From NCBI RefSeq assembly GCF_018350175.1, contig NC_058369.1, positions 5,768,001-5,832,000 of the forward strand: 64,000 bases of DNA, in the 5' to 3' direction. The notes beneath the pieces are model-generated. The model saw only the letters and a list, made by a program, of their open reading frames with translations, ran no database searches and was not told the DNA's origin. The first letter of the stretch is position 1. Every line of letters begins with the position of its first letter. Shown here one piece after another: positions 60,001 to 64,000 of the stretch. The stretch is from Felis catus (Eukaryota). The translations under genes and the position numbers were made by a program.

Positions 60001-63000
60001 CCCCGACCCTCACCCCCTTCCCTTCTTGGTGTCCAGCTGCCTTTCAGGAGCTCTGCCCCTTCGGCCACGGGGCGGTCCCAGGCCCGGATGACTCTCGGGA
60101 AGGTGAGCCCCTCGCCCACGGGCCAAAGGCCCCTCGCAGCCGCCTAGCCCTGTCTGGGCTCTGTCTGTCCCCCGTTCCCAAGTCTCAGGCTCCCTCCTTG
60201 CCCAGTGGGTGGCCCGGACCGCACCGGCCTGGAGGGGAGGAAGAGACCCCCGAGTGTGGCCGGGGTGTGACCGATGCCGTGTCTGGCACCCCCGCCTCCC
60301 GCAGACGTGAATGAGTGCGTGGAGAACCCCGGCGTCTGCACTAACGGCCTCTGCGTCAACACCGATGGGTCCTTCCGCTGCGAGTGTCCCTTTGGCTACA
60401 GCCTGGACTTCACAGGCATCCGCTGTGTGGGTGAGTGACCAGCCCGCCCACGCGCCCGGAAGGAAGGAGCGGAGCAGACAGGGCAGAGGTCAGTTGCCCA
60501 CTCAGGCCAACCCACTGAGCACGCGCATCCCGCGTGCAGCCCGGAGTTGCACCAGATCAGGCCCATGTGGTCGGTGGCACTCAGGGGGTGCGGACAGGAT
60601 AATGTGGAGATAGCGAGGGCGGGAGGCTCTCTGCGGGTCCTGACGGCTCCCTTCCCCCCTACCCCAGACGTAGATGAGTGCGCCGTCGGGCACCCCTGTG
60701 GCAAAGGCACCTGCACTAACGTCATCGGAGGCTTCGAATGTGCCTGCGCCGACGGCTTTGAGCCCGGCCCCATGGTGACCTGCGAGGGTACGACCCTGCC
60801 TGCCTCTGGGCTGTGTGATGGGGGGCATCGGTGGCTGGCCTGAGGGCGGGGGTGTGGATCCCACAGGCAGACCCTGCCCAGCCCGCCCCTCCCCTGGCCT
60901 CCCCAGACATCGACGAGTGCTCCCTGAACCCCCTGCTCTGTGCCTTCCGCTGCCGCAACACTGAGGGCTCCTACGTGTGCACCTGCCCGGCCGGCTACGC
61001 CCTGAGGGAGGACGGGGCCATGTGCAGAGGTAGGATGTGCAGGAGAGGCGGGCGGGGCCCCGGGCTCCCCATACCTCGATCCTGGAGAAGACAGGGAAAT
61101 GCGAGCCTGTGCCCAAGGGGGAGCACCAAGAAATGGAGTGAGGGCAGCACTGAGGCAGTGAGGTGCGGTGGGTGCTCTTCTGTGAGTGGTGCTTCTGTCG
61201 TCATGAAAATGGGGTCTCCGGTCTTAGCAGGCCAGTGGTTCTGGTGGCCTCTGCAGTGGCTGCTGGGCTCGCCCTGAGCTGAGTAGGACCGTGAGGGCTC
61301 TTACTGTGTCTCCCAGGGGACATGTGGTGGTGATGCCTGAAGACCTTTATTTTTCATGTTTTTATTTACTTTTAAGAGAATATGAGCAGGGGAGGGGCAG
61401 AGAGAGGGGGATAGAGGATCTGAAGCTGGCTCTGTGCTGTCAGCAGTGAGCCCGACACAGGGCTCGGATTCACCGACTATGAGCTCATGACTTGAGACAA
61501 AGTCAGACACTTAGCCGACTGAGCCACCCAGGCTCCCCAACAGTTTTGTGGTTTTTTTAATGTTTTATTTATCTTTGAGAGAGAGAGAGAGAGAGACAGA
61601 GCATGAGCAGGGGAGGGGCAGAGAGAGAGAGAGAAGGAGAGACAGAATCTGAAGCAGGCTCCGGGCTCTGAGCTGTCAGCACAGAGCACAAGGCGGGGCT
61701 CAAACTCACAGAGATCATGACTTGAACCAAAGTTGGATGCTCAACCGACTGAGCCGCGAGGCGCTCCCTGACAGGTTTTTAAAAAACGTTTATTTATTTC
61801 TTTTGAGAGAGAGAGCAGGGGCGGGGCAGAGAGAGAGGGAGAGAGAGAATCCCAAACACGGTCGGTGCCATCAGCTTGGAGCCCAAGGAGGGGCTCGAAC
61901 CCGCGAACCATGAGATTGGGACCTGAGCCGAAATCAAGAGTCAGATGCTGAACAGCTGAGCCCCCCGGGCACCCCTGGAGACAGTTTTCATTGTGACAGC
62001 TGGGTGTGGGGGCTGCTGCAGACGTCGAGTAGCCAAGGATACTGCTGAATATGCTACAGCACACAGAAAGACCTTCCACCACGAGGAAGTCTCTGGTCCC
62101 AAATGTCCTTAGTGTCGAAGCTGAGAAACTCTGCGCTGGGACTTGGTCCCTCCAGGGCTGTCTCAGGGTTAGCATTCCAGGGACCATGTTTAAGGCCGGA
62201 CGGATTCACTGACCCTGACGTGGGCAGGGGGACGCAGGTGTTGGGACAGTCCCGACCCCTCAGCTTCGTACTTTCGGGACCCAAGGGCACAGAGGGAAAT
62301 GGGACCTGGGTCCCCACGGCCTGCGGCCAGGCCACGGGGCGCCTGACCTTGGCCCCCTCTCTCCCTGGTCATCCGCAGATGTGGACGAGTGTGCGGACGG
62401 TCAGCAGGACTGTCACGAGCGGGGCATGCTGTGCAAGAACCTCATCGGCACCTTCGCCTGCGTCTGCCCCCCAGGCCTGCGGCCTCAGCCTGGCTCCGGG
62501 GAGGGCTGCACAGGTATGGGTGTGCTTGGGGGTGCAGGGCCCCCCCAGGGGAGACGAGTCAAAGCAGGAGAATGTGGCGGGAAGGGAGCGTGCAGGGTGA
62601 GGGGAGGCTGGCTTGCGGGGCTCCGGCCTCCCCACCGGCCTCATCCCTCCCGCCCCAGATGAGGACGAATGCCACGCGCAGCCCCGCCTGTGTGCCAACG
62701 GCCGCTGCGTCAATACCGCGGGCAGCTTCCAGTGTGACTGCGACAGGGGCTTCCAGCCCAGCCCCGCTGGCACTGAGTGCCACGGTGAGTGTGGCCACGC
62801 ACGACGTGTACAGCTCTCCCAGGCCAACCCCCGCCCCCGCCCCATCTCAGCCATGCCCCTGCCTCGGCCTGGAGCCGCAGGCCAGCCCCCTCGAGTCCCC
62901 ACCAGCCTCCTCTTCCTCACCCAGTCCAGGCTCCAGCCTGTCCTGTCCACTTCCCTGGATGTCCTCCATCTGCTCTGTCCCCGCTGTCTGTCTGTCCGGC

Positions 63001-63519
63001 CCACTGCCACTCACACCTCCTCCCTAGTGTTCCCTGGCCCCCGTGCTGCCCTTGACCGTCCGTGCTGTCCGCGGCCACAGGCGTCTCTTGACCCTACGGG
63101 TCTGCAGCTTCTGCCTCGGCCTCGGCCCCTGGAGGGCATCTGACAGTGCTAGGTGACAGCGGTCTGGAAGATTGCACCCTGCGCCCACGCACAGCTGTGT
63201 CGGAGGCACCTGGGAGCCCTTGCTAGACTCTCGGTGCCGCCGGACCCCGGGGGGGAAGGGGGCCCTGGACGGCAGGTGCCTGCCACCCACCCGCCTGCCC
63301 CGTTCTCTGCAGACGTCCGGCGGGGGCCCTGCTTCTCCGAGGTGCTGCAGGCCGCGTGCCAGGCTCGCTCGAGCAGCGGTGAGGCCGTCACTAGGGCCCA
63401 GTGCTGCTGTGGGGGCGGCCGGGGCTGGGGGCCCCGCTGCGAGCTCTGTCCCCTGCCTGGCACCTCTGCCCACGGGACCCTGTGCCCCCACGGCTCAGGC
63501 TACACCGCCGAAGGCCAAG
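15124..63519 (+). CDS. FBN3: Fibrillin-3 gene span, coding exons 1-56 (3' end outside window)
   Basis: 56 GT-AG exons join in one frame (7237 nt). Domain order is that of fibrillin. The mixed Pro/Gly-rich region after TB1 and peptides such as [39 protein letters not shown] and [14 protein letters not shown] match FBN3 rather than FBN1/FBN2 (from recall). Confidence 0.96.
15421..15503 (+). CDS. FBN3: Coding exon 2: N-terminal 4-Cys (FUN) domain
   Basis: aaag|[28 protein letters not shown]|gtgagt. Confidence 0.95.
16034..16132 (+). CDS. FBN3: Coding exon 3: EGF1
   Basis: cag|[32 protein letters not shown]|gtgagc, 99 nt. Confidence 0.95.
16323..16412 (+). CDS. FBN3: Coding exon 4: EGF2
   Basis: ccttag|[29 protein letters not shown]|gtgagt, 90 nt. 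Confidence 0.88.
16666..16761 (+). CDS. FBN3: Coding exon 5: EGF3
   Basis: cacag|[31 protein letters not shown]|gtacca, 96 nt. Confidence 0.95.
18313..18510 (+). CDS. FBN3: Coding exon 6: hybrid domain 1
   Basis: cacag|[15 protein letters not shown]...[16 protein letters not shown]...TGACQ|gtaagg, 198 nt. Confidence 0.95.
18615..18740 (+). CDS. FBN3: Coding exon 7: cbEGF1
   Basis: gcag|[28 protein letters not shown]...CE|gtgggc, 126 nt. Confidence 0.95.
18874..18999 (+). CDS. FBN3: Coding exon 8: cbEGF2
   Basis: acag|[42 protein letters not shown]|gtgagc; 126 nt, phase 1-1, six Cys, calcium-binding consensus intact. Confidence 0.85.
21366..21518 (+). CDS. FBN3: Coding exon 9: TB1 (8-Cys) domain
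   Basis: tgcag|[36 protein letters not shown]...PRGS|gtgagt, 153 nt. Confidence 0.95.
21643..21825 (+). CDS. FBN3: Coding exon 10: TB1 end + Pro/Gly-rich region
   Basis: gcag|[37 protein letters not shown]...NAHI|gtgagg, 183 nt. Confidence 0.94.
22219..22362 (+). CDS. FBN3: Coding exon 11: EGF4
   Basis: tcag|[23 protein letters not shown]...GECI|gtgagc, 144 nt. Confidence 0.95.
22432..22551 (+). CDS. FBN3: Coding exon 12: cbEGF3
   Basis: [22 protein letters not shown]...ACV, AG/GT flanks, 120 nt. Confidence 0.95.
22674..22799 (+). CDS. FBN3: Coding exon 13: cbEGF4
   Basis: [24 protein letters not shown]...KNCV, 126 nt. Confidence 0.95.
23595..24210 (-). mobile_element. LINE-1 3' fragment (ORF2 C-terminus + 3' UTR), frameshifted
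   Basis: Minus-strand peptides [26 protein letters not shown] and [38 protein letters not shown]. Confidence 0.92.
24325..24745 (-). mobile_element. Two Can-SINEs
   Basis: Reverse-complement SINE bodies at ~24325-24537 and ~24566-24745. Confidence 0.85.
25214..25336 (+). CDS. FBN3: Coding exon 14: cbEGF5
   Basis: tag|[23 protein letters not shown]...RDCV|gtgagg, 123 nt. Confidence 0.95.
25438..25713 (+). CDS. FBN3: Coding exon 15: cbEGF6 + TB2 in one exon
   Basis: [11 protein letters not shown]...[14 protein letters not shown]...[22 protein letters not shown]|gtgagc, 276 nt. Confidence 0.95.
26003..26056 (+). CDS. FBN3: Coding exon 16: TB2 C-terminal part
   Basis: cag|[17 protein letters not shown]|gtgagt, 54 nt. 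Confidence 0.93.
26110..26545 (-). mobile_element. MaLR (MLT1-type) LTR remnant
   Basis: cagaaatttatt...ctgagatcaa...ctctgcaaagaccc...ttcaacgtatgaatttgggg-like motifs. Confidence 0.6.
26816..26858. repeat. (CA)n microsatellite
   Basis: ~21 perfect CA units. Confidence 0.95.
27250..27432. mobile_element. MER20-like DNA transposon remnant
   Basis: cccccaggaacatttggca...gaggccagggacgctg...cctacagtgcccaggac. Confidence 0.55.
27544..27669 (+). CDS. FBN3: Coding exon 17: cbEGF7
   Basis: [24 protein letters not shown]...KQCV, 126 nt. Confidence 0.95.
27771..27896 (+). CDS. FBN3: Coding exon 18: cbEGF8
   Basis: [24 protein letters not shown]...ETCE, 126 nt. Confidence 0.95.
27910..28670. repeat. 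Degenerate CA/TG-rich low-complexity block
   Basis: cacacg/tgtgca alternating purine-pyrimidine units. Confidence 0.85.
29232..29351 (+). CDS. FBN3: Coding exon 19: cbEGF9
   Basis: [22 protein letters not shown]...TVCL, 120 nt. Confidence 0.95.
29491..29628 (+). CDS. FBN3: Coding exon 20: hybrid domain 2 (N-part)
   Basis: [20 protein letters not shown]...[18 protein letters not shown]|gtaatg, 138 nt. Confidence 0.95.
29773..29823 (+). CDS. FBN3: Coding exon 21: hybrid domain 2 (C-part)
   Basis: [17 protein letters not shown]|gtaact, 51 nt. Confidence 0.93.
30084..30209 (+). CDS. FBN3: Coding exon 22: cbEGF10
   Basis: [24 protein letters not shown]...RLCV, 126 nt. Confidence 0.95.
30655..30870 (-). 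mobile_element. Can-SINE
   Basis: Reverse-complement element; ccact(g/c)tccacatctt flanking duplication. Confidence 0.88.
31310..31500. mobile_element. MER58A-like hAT element
   Basis: cagcaaacgttttctgcaaagggccag...aataaaactttatttacaaaaacagg. Confidence 0.7.
32010..32234 (+). CDS. FBN3: Coding exon 23: TB3
   Basis: [16 protein letters not shown]...[10 protein letters not shown]...[11 protein letters not shown], 225 nt. Confidence 0.95.
32415..32540 (+). CDS. FBN3: Coding exon 24: cbEGF11
   Basis: [24 protein letters not shown]...RNCT|gtatgt, 126 nt. Confidence 0.95.
32826..32954 (+). CDS. FBN3: Coding exon 25: cbEGF12
   Basis: [24 protein letters not shown]...GFMLMKSCM, 129 nt. Confidence 0.95.
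33250..33425. repeat. (CCCT/CCTT)n polypyrimidine tract
   Basis: Visible simple repeat. Confidence 0.92.
34219..34344 (+). CDS. FBN3: Coding exon 26: cbEGF13
   Basis: [24 protein letters not shown]...TACE, 126 nt. Confidence 0.95.
34524..34649 (+). CDS. FBN3: Coding exon 27: cbEGF14
   Basis: [24 protein letters not shown]...LGCT, 126 nt. Confidence 0.95.
34805..34927 (+). CDS. FBN3: Coding exon 28: cbEGF15
   Basis: [23 protein letters not shown]...RACA, 123 nt. Confidence 0.95.
35075..35200 (+). CDS. FBN3: Coding exon 29: cbEGF16
   Basis: [26 protein letters not shown]...RACV, 126 nt. Confidence 0.95.
36177..36302 (+). CDS. FBN3: Coding exon 30: cbEGF17
   Basis: [24 protein letters not shown]...TGCS, 126 nt. 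Confidence 0.95.
36600..37020 (-). mobile_element. MaLR (MLT1-type) LTR remnant
   Basis: gctgtcgtaacaaat...ctgaaatca...ggattagggcca...aaagaccctgtttccaaataa. Confidence 0.6.
37629..37751 (+). CDS. FBN3: Coding exon 31: cbEGF18
   Basis: [25 protein letters not shown]...FACH, 123 nt. Confidence 0.95.
37938..38060 (+). CDS. FBN3: Coding exon 32: cbEGF19
   Basis: [25 protein letters not shown]...FSCE, 123 nt. Confidence 0.95.
38463..38588 (+). CDS. FBN3: Coding exon 33: cbEGF20
   Basis: [24 protein letters not shown]...RACR, 126 nt. Confidence 0.95.
38670..38792 (+). CDS. FBN3: Coding exon 34: cbEGF21
   Basis: [23 protein letters not shown]...GNCT, 123 nt. Confidence 0.95.
39050..39268. mobile_element. 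MER58A-like hAT element
   Basis: ggggtcagcaaacttttct...caataaaactttatttacac; similar to copy at 31310. Confidence 0.72.
39572..39694 (+). CDS. FBN3: Coding exon 35: cbEGF22
   Basis: [23 protein letters not shown]...VGCV, 123 nt. Confidence 0.95.
40192..40353 (+). CDS. FBN3: Coding exon 36: TB4 with integrin-binding RGD (40230-40238)
   Basis: [54 protein letters not shown]|gtgagt, 162 nt. Confidence 0.95.
41098..41136. repeat. (CA)n microsatellite
   Basis: ~19 CA units. Confidence 0.95.
41321..41389 (+). CDS. FBN3: Coding exon 37: TB4 C-terminal part
   Basis: [22 protein letters not shown]|gtgagc, 69 nt. Confidence 0.94.
41600..42250. repeat. Degenerate (CCAT)n array
   Basis: ccat/ccac tetranucleotide runs. 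Confidence 0.92.
42711..42836 (+). CDS. FBN3: Coding exon 38: cbEGF23
   Basis: [24 protein letters not shown]...RICE, 126 nt. Confidence 0.95.
43435..43625. repeat. (CCAT)n array
   Basis: Tetranucleotide runs. Confidence 0.92.
44180..45690 (-). mobile_element. Old LINE-1 ORF2 fragment interrupted by a Can-SINE (~44805-45010)
   Basis: Minus-strand peptide remnants [36 protein letters not shown]. Confidence 0.8.
45690..47135. mobile_element. Dense cluster of ~7 Can-SINEs
   Basis: Minus heads end at ~45952, 46196, 46404, 46604, 46802, 47133; plus element ~46823-47030. Confidence 0.88.
47375..48045. mobile_element. Head-to-head Can-SINE pair (- 47375-47577; + 47611-48045 with expanded CT tract)
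   Basis: Both heads visible ~35 nt apart. Confidence 0.88.
48237..48362 (+). CDS. FBN3: Coding exon 39: cbEGF24
   Basis: [24 protein letters not shown]...NNCM, 126 nt. Confidence 0.95.
48773..48922 (+). CDS. FBN3: Coding exon 40: TB5
   Basis: [50 protein letters not shown], 150 nt. Confidence 0.95.
49520..50285. mobile_element. Two adjacent MaLR (MLT1-type) LTRs in opposite orientation
   Basis: ctatgggctgaatgtgtcccc...ccagcctccagaaccgtgag (+), then acaaatttggtggcttaaaa...ggtcacactcagagg (-). Confidence 0.65.
51337..51408 (+). CDS. FBN3: Coding exon 41: TB5 C-terminal part
   Basis: [23 protein letters not shown]|gtgagt, 72 nt. Confidence 0.94.
52477..53021. mobile_element. Tigger2-family (TcMar) non-autonomous element with a Can-SINE inserted (~52714-52910)
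   Basis: TA|cagttggcccttgaaca ... tgtttaagcatcaactg|TA: terminal inverted repeats and TA target duplication. Confidence 0.8.
53145..53343 (-). mobile_element. Can-SINE
   Basis: Reverse-complement head ctgagccacccaggcacccc. Confidence 0.88.
53999..54124 (+). CDS. FBN3: Coding exon 42: cbEGF25
   Basis: [24 protein letters not shown]...LVCE|gtgcca, 126 nt. Confidence 0.93.
54399..54524 (+). CDS. FBN3: Coding exon 43: cbEGF26
   Basis: [25 protein letters not shown]...GACV, 126 nt. Confidence 0.95.
54900..55025 (+). CDS. FBN3: Coding exon 44: cbEGF27
   Basis: [24 protein letters not shown]...TLCT, 126 nt. Confidence 0.95.
55404..55520 (+). CDS. FBN3: Coding exon 45: cbEGF28 (contains RGD)
   Basis: [39 protein letters not shown], 117 nt. 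Confidence 0.95.
55975..56640 (+). mobile_element. Degraded LINE-1 ORF2 (endonuclease region) fragment
   Basis: A-rich; ttggagacttcaacac, ttctcaagtgcacctggacatt, aaatatttggaaattaaac motifs. Confidence 0.75.
56810..56938 (+). CDS. FBN3: Coding exon 46: cbEGF29
   Basis: [25 protein letters not shown]...KNCI, 129 nt. Confidence 0.95.
   Translation, partial: TWMNAPPWWGRCADLASASTQLAPSTASARMASSSRPTGRTA
57145..57590 (+). mobile_element. Two tandem Can-SINEs
   Basis: Heads at ~57146 and ~57372. Confidence 0.88.
57921..58040 (+). CDS. FBN3: Coding exon 47: cbEGF30
   Basis: [24 protein letters not shown]...DRCV, 120 nt. Confidence 0.95.
58791..58916 (+). CDS. FBN3: Coding exon 48: cbEGF31
   Basis: [24 protein letters not shown]...HRCF, 126 nt. 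Confidence 0.95.
59745..59897 (+). CDS. FBN3: Coding exon 49: TB6
   Basis: [51 protein letters not shown], 153 nt. Confidence 0.95.
60037..60102 (+). CDS. FBN3: Coding exon 50: TB6 C-terminal part
   Basis: [21 protein letters not shown]|gtgagc, 66 nt. Confidence 0.94.
60305..60430 (+). CDS. FBN3: Coding exon 51: cbEGF32
   Basis: [24 protein letters not shown]...IRCV, 126 nt. Confidence 0.95.
60668..60787 (+). CDS. FBN3: Coding exon 52: cbEGF33
   Basis: [23 protein letters not shown]...VTCE, 120 nt. Confidence 0.95.
60907..61029 (+). CDS. FBN3: Coding exon 53: cbEGF34
   Basis: [23 protein letters not shown]...AMCR, 123 nt. Confidence 0.95.
61345..61975 (-). mobile_element. Three Can-SINEs inserted in a MER20-like element (~61310-62132)
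   Basis: Three reverse heads; MER20-like flanks cccaggggacat and ...gctgagaaactctg. Confidence 0.8.
62379..62513 (+). CDS. FBN3: Coding exon 54: cbEGF35
   Basis: [26 protein letters not shown]...EGCT, 135 nt. Confidence 0.95.
62659..62784 (+). CDS. FBN3: Coding exon 55: cbEGF36
   Basis: [24 protein letters not shown]...TECH, 126 nt. Confidence 0.95.
63313..63519 (+). CDS. FBN3: Coding exon 56: TB7
   Basis: [16 protein letters not shown]...[16 protein letters not shown]...GYTAEGQ|gtgggt, 207 nt. Confidence 0.95.
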
Positions 63520-64000
63520 GTGGGTGGGGCGTTTGTTCTCGGTCGTGTCTGTGTCCCAGAGGGGGCTGGGGTGTGCGAGCCAGTGCGAACCGGACCCCGT
63601 TTGTTGCTGTGCGCGTGCATGAACTCGGGCGAGCGGGTGAACAGGTGTGTGAGCCGATGTGTGTGTGTTCTTTGTTCTCTGCGGGCTCATCGGGGAGTGT
63701 GTGAAAAAGGGTGCGGACCGGTGTGCATTCACTGGTGTGTGTGTTGTGCGTGCCGGCCGCATGAGGAGCATGTGCCGGAAGGTGGGTCCGTGTGCTTTGG
63801 ATTCCAGCGAGTTCCACGAGGGCGGGTAGGTGTGCGAGCGAGTGTGAGTGACTGCGTTCACGAGTATGTCTCCTCCAGCGTGTCAGTGAGGGTGGGACAG
63901 GTCACCCCAAGCGAGCAGCGGTGACCCCCAGGTCTGACGAGGGTGTGTCTGGCGGGGGGGGGGGGGCGGGGGAGACAGAGGAGCCGCGGGACGTGTGTCC

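Noticed and set aside
15124..63519. Alternative identity as FBN1, FBN2 or an LTBP
   Set aside because: The mixed Pro/Gly region, compact GC-rich gene, two hybrid plus seven TB domains and recalled peptide matches favour FBN3, despite cbEGF2 being present.

Overview
Mammalian genomic DNA, most likely from a feliform carnivore, judged by the many Can-SINE/SINEC_Fc-type elements. The window holds the CpG-island promoter (~12.8-14.0 kb) and the first 56 coding exons (15124-63519, + strand) of fibrillin-3 (FBN3); the gene continues past the right edge. I traced each exon by hand. All have GT-AG boundaries, and they join into one open frame of 7237 nt (2412 codons + 1 nt). It encodes signal peptide, furin site, EGF1-4, hybrid 1-2, the Pro/Gly-rich region, cbEGF1-36 and TB1-7 (fibrillin-1 numbering). 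The first ~12 kb and the larger introns are SINE, LINE-1, MaLR LTR, DNA-transposon and simple-repeat sequence. I found no new biological system. The best leads are differences from human FBN3 as I recall it, which need alignment to confirm: an intact cbEGF2 exon that human fibrillin-3 lacks, an apparent RGD turnover (RAD in cbEGF19, new RGD in cbEGF28), an extended dual-ATG N-terminus, and several candidate alternative 5' UTR exons.
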